Source: Deltaproteobacteria bacterium
GTDB taxonomy: Bacteria; Desulfobacterota; Dissulfuribacteria; Dissulfuribacterales; QOAL01
DNA length: 64,000 nt
NCBI GenBank assembly: GCA_026995935.1
Contig: JALWNK010000017.1
Span: 865 to 64,864, forward strand
Direction: 5' to 3'
Below the pieces are notes generated by a model that ran no database searches, was not told where the DNA came from, and was given only the letters and a program-made list of their open reading frames with translations. Position numbers and translations under genes: made by a program. This document shows positions 1 to 7,841 of the stretch, piece by piece; the first letter of the stretch is position 1, and each line of letters begins with the position of its first letter.

Positions 1-131
1 AGGGTCACATTCTGCTTTGAAAAACCGGGGGTATTTACATTGGATATGTTGTGACCAGTGGTCTGAAGGCTTGTCTGCTGGGCAAGAAGCCCCACCTTTG
101 CAATGTTTAAGAGATTGGTTAGTCCGCTCAT
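1..131 (-). CDS. flgK: Flagellar hook-associated protein 1 (FlgK), first 43 codons only; gene continues past the window start
   Basis: Reverse complement of 1..131 reads MSGLTNLLNIAKVGLLAQQTSLQTTGHNISNVNTPGFSKQNVT, the conserved N-terminal segment of flagellar axial proteins. The ATG at 129-131 overlaps the stop of the upstream ORF (ATGA). It is absent from the ORF track because it runs off the window. Confidence 0.8.
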   Translation of the reverse strand, partial: MSGLTNLLNIAKVGLLAQQTSLQTTGHNISNVNTPGFSKQNVT

Positions 132-766
132 GACTGTTTCCCCACGGTTTCCTTTAACAGATTCTTATAACTTGCAAATCCCCTCTTAAGATCCGAGGAA
201 TTTATGCTGGAGGCGCCATCACTGCCCCAAAATGCTCCGTTGGCAGCTCCCTCATTTTTGGAAGACGATTTGACTGGCCCATAGGTTGGGCCTTTTTTTA
301 ATGACGCGCCTGAGAGGATACCTGAAAGCTCACTGAAAAAACCAAGGCGCTCCCGTACCCAGTGGTAGATCCTGGAATTTGTGACCACACATAGCCGTCT
401 GAAGTAGTCCCGCCTTCCAAAAAGGAGCTTAAGTTGCCTTGCGGCTTTCACATCAAGCCCCTTACTCACCTCTTCCCAAAACCTCTCGCCTTCCCTGTCT
501 ATCTCCGGGAAGAGGCAGGAAAGCATCTGGCTTAGGCCCTTTTCCCTTTCCCTAATCCCTTGGGCAAGCTCCTCCTTCATCCTTGAAATTTTGAGCAGTC
601 GCTTTATGTCATTTCTCAAAAGAAGCTTCCACTCGGCCTGTAAGACCATGTCCATCTTCTCCCACATCTGGCCAAGGAGCTTTAGCTCCTCCATAATCGT
701 TGTAATTTCGCCAGACATGGCAGCACCCTTTGTGGTAATTTGTTCTTGCTGGTTCTTACTGGCCAT
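128..766 (-). CDS. Flagellar-cluster protein, possibly a FlgN-like export chaperone
   Basis: 212-aa ORF between flgJ and flgK, translationally coupled to flgK (ATGA overlap). The N-terminal half is helical and rich in Leu and charged residues (EITTIMEELKLLGQMWEKMDMVLQAEWKLLLRND). The call rests mainly on position, and the family assignment is weak. Confidence 0.45.
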   Translation of the reverse strand: MASKNQQEQITTKGAAMSGEITTIMEELKLLGQMWEKMDMVLQAEWKLLLRNDIKRLLKISRMKEELAQGIREREKGLSQMLSCLFPEIDREGERFWEEVSKGLDVKAARQLKLLFGRRDYFRRLCVVTNSRIYHWVRERLGFFSELSGILSGASLKKGPTYGPVKSSSKNEGAANGAFWGSDGASSINSSDLKRGFASYKNLLKETVGKQS

Positions 767-778
767 TGGTACTTCCCC

Positions 779-1090
779 TTACCTTCTTCCAGAAAGCTGT
801 TCAAAGAGCACCTGGCTTAGGCCTATGCCGCGTCCTGACTCGGCGGCCTCCTGGGCAACCTGCTGGTCAAAGAGGCTCGTATAGATGTCTTTTTGAAGCG
901 AGTCGGAAAAGAGGCCTGATTTTGGAATTGCCTTTCTCATCTCCTTGAGCATCATGGTCAAGAAGATGGATTCAACTCCCTGACACGCCTTCTTGAGTCT
1001 TTCCGGGTCCCTGGCCTTTAGGTCCGTAACCGTCTCTTTTCCGCCTGTATGAGAAAGCTCAGGTGTAATCAAATTGTTTGAAATCTTCAT
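779..1090 (-). CDS. flgJ: Flagellar rod-binding protein (FlgJ N-terminal-type, no muramidase domain)
   Basis: 103 aa with the Rod_binding-type pattern ACQGVESIFLTMMLKEMRK...LFSDS...DIYTSLFDQQVAQ. Lies directly downstream of flgI. Confidence 0.8.
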   Translation of the reverse strand: MKISNNLITPELSHTGGKETVTDLKARDPERLKKACQGVESIFLTMMLKEMRKAIPKSGLFSDSLQKDIYTSLFDQQVAQEAAESGRGIGLSQVLFEQLSGRR

Positions 1091-1105
1091 GCCAAATGCC
1101 CCTTC

Positions 1106-2257
1106 TTAAATTACCTGGATATCTGCCTGCAAAGCGCCAGAGGCCTTAATGGACTGCATTATTGCAATAAGGTCCCTAGGGGTGACCCCCACGGCGTTAA
1201 GGGCGGAGACAAGCTCGCCTATGGTTGAGCCATGCTTTAGCACAACGAGCTTTCCCCCACCTTCGTTGACCTTGACCTCTGTCCCCGGTGTGACCACGGT
1301 CCGCCCCTGGCGGGAAAAGGGCGCTGGCTGCGACACCTGCGGTGACTCCTTAATCTGTATGCTCAGGTTGCCGTGTGCTACTGCAACCGTTGAAATCCGC
1401 ACGTCCTTACCCATGACAACAGTGCCTGTCCGCTCATCAAGCACCACCCTGGCCTTGGTATCCGGGCTTATCTCAACGTTTTCAATGGCAGACATGAGGG
1501 ATACGGGAGAGCCTTCAAACTCAGGAGGCACCCTCACTTTTATGGTCTCTGCATCTATTGCCTTTGCAAAGGGGGCGCCCAGGACGTCGTTTATGGCATC
1601 CACGGCACGCCCGACAGTGGTGAAATCGGGCTGGAAGAGGTTTATCTTGAGCTCCTTCTTTGCAAGAAGATTCACTGGTATCTCCCGCTCGACAGTTGCG
1701 CCGTTTGGGATCCGCCCGGCAGTTGGATGATTCTTCTGGACATTTGCGCCAGCGCCCCCGGCAGAGTAGCCACCAACACTTACCGGCCCTTGGGCAAGGG
1801 CGTAAATCTTGCCATCAATGCCCTTAAGAGGGGTAAGTATCAGGGTGCCGCCTAGAAGGCTCTTTGCGTCTCCAAGGGAGGAGACCACCACGTCTATCTT
1901 CTGGCCTATCTTTGCAAGAGGCGGCATCTTTGCAGTAACCAGAACCGCAGCCACGTTCTTAACCTTTACCTGGTTGGGATCGATGCTGATGATGCCCATT
2001 CTTTCCATGATGTTCCTGATGGACTTTATGGTAAACTTCACCTGAGTGCCATCCCCTGTTCCGGCAAGCCCAACCACAAGACCGTAACCAACGAGCTGGT
2101 TTTCCCTTAGCCCCTGAACAGATGCAATGTCCTTGAGCCTTGCCGCCTTAAGTTCACCCACCTGGCCAAGCCCCAGAAAAAGAGCCAAACAGAACAGGAC
2201 AATTTTTCCTACCAGAAAATTTCTGGACATCTTTTTCGCCTTGTTAACTTTATCCAT
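1106..2257 (-). CDS. flgI: Flagellar P-ring protein FlgI
   Basis: 383 aa with a signal peptide, then RLKDIASVQGLRENQLVGYGLVVGLAGTGD and the C-terminus MQSIKASGALQADIQVI, typical of FlgI. An alternative start at the internal ATG (2230) is possible. Confidence 0.93.
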   Translation of the reverse strand: MDKVNKAKKMSRNFLVGKIVLFCLALFLGLGQVGELKAARLKDIASVQGLRENQLVGYGLVVGLAGTGDGTQVKFTIKSIRNIMERMGIISIDPNQVKVKNVAAVLVTAKMPPLAKIGQKIDVVVSSLGDAKSLLGGTLILTPLKGIDGKIYALAQGPVSVGGYSAGGAGANVQKNHPTAGRIPNGATVEREIPVNLLAKKELKINLFQPDFTTVGRAVDAINDVLGAPFAKAIDAETIKVRVPPEFEGSPVSLMSAIENVEISPDTKARVVLDERTGTVVMGKDVRISTVAVAHGNLSIQIKESPQVSQPAPFSRQGRTVVTPGTEVKVNEGGGKLVVLKHGSTIGELVSALNAVGVTPRDLIAIMQSIKASGALQADIQVI

Positions 2258-2341
2258 GTTTTCAGCTAGTTAAAATCAAAAACGGGTTTCTGCCTCGTTT
2301 TCTCACCCTTGTTGTCTAAAACCCTGCAAACTCCAGGCCTT

Positions 2342-3052
2342 TTAAAATGGCGCTATTATGCCAAGCAGCCTTCCCAGCCAGCCTGGGTGCTGCATCTCAC
2401 TCAAATAACCGCCTCCCGTGTAGGTTATGCGGGCATCTGCAATCTTTGTGGATGAAATCTCGTTGTTGTGGTCTATGTCTGCAGGCCGCACTATGCCGGT
2501 CAAAATCATGTACTGGGTCTCGTTGTTGATGGTTATCTCTCTGCTTCCCCGGACGAAGAGGTTGCCTCCCGGCAACTTTTTCATCACTCTTACGGAAATG
2601 GTTCCAGAAAGCCTGGTATCCCCGGATGTGTTGCCCTGGCTGTCGAACTTGTTCTCTCCAAGCCCACCAATGGCCTTGGTGGCATCCACCTTTTGCCCTG
2701 GATAGTGGGGGGAAACCTGCTTGTTGAATTCCAGCCCCAGTATGCCCGTAAGCCCCACATTTACAGAGGTCTTCTTGTCTGTCTTGGTCTTGATGTCCTT
2801 TGAACCCTTGAGGTTCTCCTCTATCTTCACCGTTAGAATATCCCCCACCTTCCTGGCCCTGAAGTCAGCCACCAGACTGCTTTCCTGGTCAGGGTCGAAA
2901 AGGGAGCCTTCCTGTGGCTGGGATGGAACAATTGGAAGCGGGGCATAGGAGGTTTCATAGTTTTTGTTCATGACAGGGGGCTGGTTAATGGCACATCCGC
3001 TAAGAAGCGCAAGGAGTACTGCCAAAAGGAAGATATTTCTGTAACCCTTCAT
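2342..3052 (-). CDS. flgH: Flagellar L-ring lipoprotein FlgH
   Basis: Lipobox LLALLSGCA plus FlgH motifs (KVGDILTVKIEE, LSGTISVRV, GNLFVRGSREI, QYMILTGIVRPADI). I moved the start to ATG 3052, which is preceded by AAGGAGG. The track ORF start at 3112 would overlap flgA. Confidence 0.92.
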   Translation of the reverse strand: MKGYRNIFLLAVLLALLSGCAINQPPVMNKNYETSYAPLPIVPSQPQEGSLFDPDQESSLVADFRARKVGDILTVKIEENLKGSKDIKTKTDKKTSVNVGLTGILGLEFNKQVSPHYPGQKVDATKAIGGLGENKFDSQGNTSGDTRLSGTISVRVMKKLPGGNLFVRGSREITINNETQYMILTGIVRPADIDHNNEISSTKIADARITYTGGGYLSEMQHPGWLGRLLGIIAPF

Positions 3053-3062
3053 CTCTGCCTCC

Positions 3063-3830
3063 TTAGAAATTAACCAGGACTGTGTTCTCATCCTGTACCC
3101 TGGCCACCACAACCCTTTTTGAATCTAGATTCTTCACCCTGACGTAATCACCCTGAGCGCCCCTCTGCTCAACTATTCCGGGCACTGTTATACGCAGATT
3201 TGGGGATGCCGCCACTATAAGGACCCTGCTTCCCCTCTTAACCAGCACAGGCTTTGCCACATCCGTTGCAAGAAGTACCTGGCCCGGTCTGATACTCCTT
3301 TTTGCAGCAAGGCCTGAGACCTGGCCCGGGCTGTCGAAAAATCTGCCCCTGAGCTTGCTTATGGGAAGGCGCACAAGGCTGAGATCTCCGGGAAGGATGA
3401 CCTGCCCCTTTGAAAGGCCGTTTTTCGCACAAAGTATCTTCTTGTAAACCTCAACGTATCCGCAAACACGGGCCTTTCTTACAGGCCTTCCATCTACAAG
3501 TATGGTGGCTACTGCCGAAACCCTTCCCAGATGAAACGCCAAGGCCTCGCTATCAAACTCAAAGGAAACCTTTCCAACAGGAACCCATATCCTTTTGGGA
3601 AGCACCCTGAGATTTGTTATCTCAACGTCCGCCTCCTCCCATGGCCCCTTCTTCTTCACATACGTGGAAAAGATATCCTGAAGTCTTTCCGCATCCACAA
3701 GCTGGCTTTCTGAAGCCCAACTGGATGCATTAGGCACCAAAGAAAAAAGCATGAAAATAAGGACCGTGACCATTAAAACAGGGGCCAGCATCCCATTTTT
3801 CTTTTCTTTGTAATTAGGTGTTACCTTCAC
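3063..3830 (-). CDS. flgA: Flagellar basal-body P-ring formation chaperone FlgA
   Basis: 255 aa with a signal peptide and a SAF/FlgA C-terminal pattern (RPGQVLLATDVAKPVLVKRGSRVLIV...GDYVRVKNLDSKRVVVARV). GTG start with GGAGGT 6 nt upstream. Position is between flgG and flgH. Confidence 0.85.
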   Translation of the reverse strand: MKVTPNYKEKKNGMLAPVLMVTVLIFMLFSLVPNASSWASESQLVDAERLQDIFSTYVKKKGPWEEADVEITNLRVLPKRIWVPVGKVSFEFDSEALAFHLGRVSAVATILVDGRPVRKARVCGYVEVYKKILCAKNGLSKGQVILPGDLSLVRLPISKLRGRFFDSPGQVSGLAAKRSIRPGQVLLATDVAKPVLVKRGSRVLIVAASPNLRITVPGIVEQRGAQGDYVRVKNLDSKRVVVARVQDENTVLVNF

Positions 3831-3854
3831 TTTCTTACCTCCAGTGCCACCAGG

Positions 3855-4634
3855 CTATCTCTTTAGGTTGTTGGCAATCCCCATCATCTCGTCAGCAGTC
3901 TGGACTGCCTTTGAATTAAGCTCATAGGCCCTCTGGGTTACGATCATGTCCACCATTTCAAGGACAACGTCCACATTTGACTGCTCGAGAAAGCCCTGGG
4001 CGATGGTTCCAAAGCTGTCCGTGCCCGGGTTTCCCTCAATGGGGTCGCCCGAGGCCTCGCTCTGCCTGTAAAGGTTCCTTCCCATGCTTATAAGGCCTGC
4101 CGGATTTGGAAAGTCCGTTATGGTGAGCTGGGCCTGGGCCAGGGGATTGCCCCCCTGGTCAGATGCGGTAATAAGCCCGTAGGCGTCAATTGTTATGTTC
4201 ACGGTTCCCTGGGGTACGGAAAACTCGGGCTGGAGCCTGTATCCCTCAGCGGTAACTACGTAGCCGTCCCGATCCAACTTGAATGCCCCGGCCCTGGTGT
4301 AGACCTCTTCACCGTTTGCCAGGATCTTAAAGAAACCACGCCCCTCTATTGCCCAGTCCAGGTTGTTGCCTGTGTTTTCGTAGTCGCCCTGGGTGAAAAT
4401 CTTCTGTATGGCTGCGGGCCTTGAACCCAGGCCCACCTGCATGCCTGTTGGTGTCTGGGTGCCATCGCCGTTTTCCGTGCCCGGCATCTTAAGCGTCTGG
4501 TAAATGAGATCCTCAAAGTCCGCACGGCTTCTCTTGTAGGCGGTTGTCTTGCTGTTTGCCAGGTTGTTTGAAATAACATCAAGGTTGAGCTGCATGCTGT
4601 TCATGCCAGATGCGCCTGTCCATAGGGCTCTCAT
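3855..4634 (-). CDS. flgG: Flagellar distal rod protein FlgG
   Basis: 259 aa. N-terminus MRALWTGASGMNSMQLNLDVISNNLANSKTTAYKR and C-terminus QGFLEQSNVDVVLEMVDMIVTQRAYELNSKAVQTADEM are hallmark FlgG sequences. Confidence 0.95.
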   Translation of the reverse strand: MRALWTGASGMNSMQLNLDVISNNLANSKTTAYKRSRADFEDLIYQTLKMPGTENGDGTQTPTGMQVGLGSRPAAIQKIFTQGDYENTGNNLDWAIEGRGFFKILANGEEVYTRAGAFKLDRDGYVVTAEGYRLQPEFSVPQGTVNITIDAYGLITASDQGGNPLAQAQLTITDFPNPAGLISMGRNLYRQSEASGDPIEGNPGTDSFGTIAQGFLEQSNVDVVLEMVDMIVTQRAYELNSKAVQTADEMMGIANNLKR

Positions 4635-4653
4635 AGACTGCTTCCTCCCTTTT

Positions 4654-5406
4654 CTATCCTACCCTGCCAAGGCTGTTTGCCGCCTTGTCATCAAGCTGAT
4701 CAATGGCCTGGAGGCTCTTTTGTTGGGCCTCGTAGCCGCGGTTTAAATCAATCAGATGCACCATCTCCATCATGGCGTTCACGTTTGACATCTCAATGTA
4801 ACCCTGTTTCACAGGAGAATCTGCTGGACTTGGTCTTCCTGCCGCCTCTGTGGCCTGGAAAAAGTTTCCCCCAAGGCGTTTCAGTTTCTGCGGATCATCA
4901 AAGGTAACCACATCAATCTTTGAACTTATGGTGTCATCCACGAAGAAGTTTCCGTCCTCGCTAAGCCAGACCCCGTCTCCTGTAGTATCTTCAAGGGTAA
5001 TTGGAACGCCGTTTCCAAGGACCGGATAACCCTCCTTGGTCACAAGCTGGTATTTGCTGTTCAGGGTGAAATTTCCCGCCCTTGTATAGATTGGCCCCTT
5101 AGGGCCCTGAACCACAAAAAAACCCGGACCGTCAATTGCCATGTCATAGGGGTTGTCAGATTTTTGCAGGCTTCCTGCGGAAAAATCTGCCCAGCCCTGT
5201 TCACCTTTTGCCGTCCTGCTGGTCCCGTCCTGCTCCTTCAACAGGTACTCATGGAAGGTTATGCCAGAAGCCTTAAAGCCCGTGGTATCCACGTTTGCCA
5301 GGTTGTTTGAAGTGACTTCCAGCTTGCGTTCAAGGATCATTGCCCCTTCCAGGGCCTCCATAGCCCCAAGTCGTGAATATGGATGTAGTCCTGTATAAAA
5401 TGCCAT
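4654..5406 (-). CDS. flgF: Flagellar proximal rod protein FlgF (FlgF/FlgG family)
   Basis: 250 aa with rod-family N-terminal (SNNLANVDTTGFK) and C-terminal (GYIEMSNVNAMMEMVHLIDLNRGYEAQQK) motifs. Immediately upstream of flgG. Confidence 0.88.
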   Translation of the reverse strand: MAFYTGLHPYSRLGAMEALEGAMILERKLEVTSNNLANVDTTGFKASGITFHEYLLKEQDGTSRTAKGEQGWADFSAGSLQKSDNPYDMAIDGPGFFVVQGPKGPIYTRAGNFTLNSKYQLVTKEGYPVLGNGVPITLEDTTGDGVWLSEDGNFFVDDTISSKIDVVTFDDPQKLKRLGGNFFQATEAAGRPSPADSPVKQGYIEMSNVNAMMEMVHLIDLNRGYEAQQKSLQAIDQLDDKAANSLGRVG

Positions 5407-5430
5407 TTCACTGCCTCCTGTGCAGTTAAC

Positions 5431-5446
5431 AGCAAGTCTTGTGCCT
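5431..5446 (-). promoter_or_regulatory. Candidate sigma-54 (-24/-12) promoter of the flgF-flgK operon
   Basis: The minus strand reads AGGCAC-AAGAC-TTGCT, against the consensus TGGCAC-N5-TTGCW, with correct GG/GC spacing. It lies about 25 nt upstream of the flgF ATG, with AGGAGG in between. Confidence 0.55.
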
Positions 5447-5510
5447 GCAACAAAATCTGTCTTTTAAGGCGTATTAAAAACGGGGGAGGAAAAGGAGGTG
5501 AAAGAAAAGG

Positions 5511-5789
5511 TCAGGAAGCTGCCTTTTTGTTGAGCTCATAGACCCAGGCAAGGATCTGGGCAACTATCACATAGGTTTCCGGTGGAATTTCAGAGTAAAG
5601 ATCTAGTTTTGAAAGCACCTCCACGAGATCCGCCTGCTCTTTTATGGGAACGCCTGCCTCTTTTGCGATCTCGATTATCTTTTCGGCTATGCTGCCCTGA
5701 CCCTTGGCGGTGATCCTTGGGGCGCTGTCCTTTCCAGGTTCGTACCTCAAGGCAACGGCGCTTTTTTTCTTCTTGGTCCTCTTTTTCAT
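5511..5789 (-). CDS. Stand-alone FlhB C-terminal-domain-like protein (EscU/YscU/HrcU family, YlqH-like)
   Basis: 92 aa. ALRYEPGKDSAPRITAKGQGSIAEKIIEIAKEAGVPIKEQADLVEVL...IPPETYVIVAQILAWVY matches the cytoplasmic FlhB-C fold pattern. Confidence 0.85.
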   Translation of the reverse strand: MKKRTKKKKSAVALRYEPGKDSAPRITAKGQGSIAEKIIEIAKEAGVPIKEQADLVEVLSKLDLYSEIPPETYVIVAQILAWVYELNKKAAS

Positions 5790-5795
5790 GGGTGA

Positions 5796-7772
5796 TCAGG
5801 TGACAATGTGGAGCCCTGAAGGCCCGTCTTCTAAGAACATATCTGAGATGGTATCCGCTCCTTCAAGACGCGGCGCAACCTCCATGTCCGCAATTTTAAA
5901 ACCTGCGCCCTTTAACGCCTGGGAAAGCTCAAAAAGCCCCTTTCTAACCACCTGCACCTTGTCCTCTTCTGCCCGGATGTAAACAGAAAGGCTCTCATCC
6001 CTTTTGAGCAGGTGAATATCAAGCTCACCAAGGTTTTTAAGGCTGAGGTCAAAGAACAGGTGAGACACCTCTGCCCCTTTGTCTGTCTTTTCCGGTTCGG
6101 TCTCTTTCCAGAACATCCACTGCCCTGCCCCTTGAAAGTGAGAAAGGAAAAAGGGCATGATGAAAAGTTCCATTCCCTTCTGTGTGAGCTGCATCTGAAG
6201 ATGCTGGCTAATATCAAGCTGATCCAGAAAGGCCCTTGCAAATTGATGAACGGCAGCATCTTTGTTCGGGGCCATTGCCGTTTTGTGTGTCCCGTCCCCG
6301 GAACGCTCATTTGGTTGATCCACGCGGGGGTCTACCCGGTGAAGACCTTGCCGTGGTGTTTCCCTTAAAGACTGATTGTCTTTTAAGGGTGTTTCTCCAC
6401 TATCCAACCCGGCCTTTCCAGGTGCCGTGGCTTGAGACGACTCCAAGGATGCCTTGGAAAAGGCCTCGTCCTGGCCCTTTTGTGCCAAGATGTCATTTGG
6501 ACCTTGTCCCTCAACATTCTTTAAGATGTGTCTTTGTGCCTGCCGGCTGACCTTTCCAGGAAACATGGCATTGACCTGTCCCTTTGGCGCACCTTTTCCT
6601 GACTCGCTCCTTCCCGCAGGGATTATTGAGCCTTCCTGTGAAAAAAGCTCGCCATGACTCCGTACGTCACCTTCTCTTAAAAGGGAAGCCTTGCCACCTG
6701 CATTTTCACTGGAGATATCTTCTCCCTTAACGCCCAGGTATGTATTGCCGGTTACGCCCCTCTTTCCGCCACCAACCCCATTATTATCGATCAGGTTGGG
6801 AAAAGGCCTGGATTCTGAAGAAGTCTCCGGTTTTTCTTGGGAAAAAGAGCTATTCTTTGATAGAGGCTCCGTTTTGACACCAGGAGCTTGCCCCCTGTTT
6901 TCACTGCCCTTAACATTTAAAGGGCCTTCTTCTTTCTTTCCATCTGATAAAGGGGCATTAGTGGTATTTAAAGAAAAAGTCCTTTGCAATGGCTTTTTGC
7001 CATGAACGCTTTCGGCTGAGCTTGAAACAGCCTGTGTATCGGCCCTTTGGCCTTCGCCTTTTATTGGAGCATCGCCTTTCAAGGAAAGGGTCCCTTCCTT
7101 TCCGGGCATGTCAGTCTTTAAAATGCTATCTTGAGATTTTTTACTGTCTCCTTGAAGGCCTTGTGAAAAGGCCTCCTGGCCCTTTTCATCGCCAGATAAC
7201 ACAGCCCTTAAAAGACGTATTCCCGCCTCAACGGAAACTTTTACTGCCTGCTCCACATCTTCTGCACCCTGCCATTGACCCTTGTCACCTCCCATTTCAA
7301 AAAAGGTCATGAGCTTTGACAAGGCATCATTCTTCAAAACCTGCTCACCCTCACCCTGGGAGGAAACAGGGGTGTTTTCAACACCAGCAAGCAGACTTCC
7401 AAGTGCCTTTAAGCGCGAAATGTTTGCCCTTGAAAGGGCCGTAAGCCCCCTTAACCTTCCTCCGGGGCCACTATTCTCAAGACTCCAGGATTCAAGCCTT
7501 ACCCTGGCAGGCGTACCTCCCTGGAGGACTCTTAGCTTCACCATGGCGCCCCTTGGTGCATCAAGCTCCCCCTTTGCAGTCAAAAGGCCCCTGTCCGTCT
7601 CTATTTCAAAGACACCGCCTTGGGCCTTTAAAAGCCTTCCTGTTACCACCTGGCCAGGCTCAAGCCCTGTCTTTTGCCCTGCCACCTTTCCTTCCTTTAC
7701 CTTGGAGGTGGCATCGCTTGTGTCGATATTTTTTTGCAGTATCCCCAGGAGATACGAAGATATGGAATTCAT
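5796..7772 (-). CDS. Putative flagellar hook-length control protein (FliK-like)
   Basis: 658 aa with a long low-complexity Gly/Lys/Ser/Glu/Pro-rich centre. The C-terminus (HLFFDLSLKNLGELDIHLLKRDESLSVYIRAEEDKVQVVRKGLFELSQALKGAGFKI) follows the FliK C-terminal (Flg_hook) pattern. It sits directly upstream of the FlhB-C-like gene. Confidence 0.6.
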   Translation of the reverse strand: MNSISSYLLGILQKNIDTSDATSKVKEGKVAGQKTGLEPGQVVTGRLLKAQGGVFEIETDRGLLTAKGELDAPRGAMVKLRVLQGGTPARVRLESWSLENSGPGGRLRGLTALSRANISRLKALGSLLAGVENTPVSSQGEGEQVLKNDALSKLMTFFEMGGDKGQWQGAEDVEQAVKVSVEAGIRLLRAVLSGDEKGQEAFSQGLQGDSKKSQDSILKTDMPGKEGTLSLKGDAPIKGEGQRADTQAVSSSAESVHGKKPLQRTFSLNTTNAPLSDGKKEEGPLNVKGSENRGQAPGVKTEPLSKNSSFSQEKPETSSESRPFPNLIDNNGVGGGKRGVTGNTYLGVKGEDISSENAGGKASLLREGDVRSHGELFSQEGSIIPAGRSESGKGAPKGQVNAMFPGKVSRQAQRHILKNVEGQGPNDILAQKGQDEAFSKASLESSQATAPGKAGLDSGETPLKDNQSLRETPRQGLHRVDPRVDQPNERSGDGTHKTAMAPNKDAAVHQFARAFLDQLDISQHLQMQLTQKGMELFIMPFFLSHFQGAGQWMFWKETEPEKTDKGAEVSHLFFDLSLKNLGELDIHLLKRDESLSVYIRAEEDKVQVVRKGLFELSQALKGAGFKIADMEVAPRLEGADTISDMFLEDGPSGLHIVT

Positions 7773-7841
7773 AGGGCCTTTGGCTATTTGAAGAGTCTTA
7801 TTTATTTATCGGAATGTTTCTGGTTTCAAATCAATTTCATA

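Noticed and set aside
5912-7791. Multiple 100-170-aa ORFs on both strands within the FliK-like gene
   Set aside because: Low-complexity, repeat-biased coding sequence produces open alternative frames. Only the 658-aa frame has a recognisable FliK-like C-terminus and operon context.
7773-7841. Sigma-28-like -10 element (TCCGATAA on the minus strand) upstream of the FliK-like gene
   Set aside because: No acceptable TAAA -35 element at the required ~15-nt spacing. One half-match alone is insufficient.
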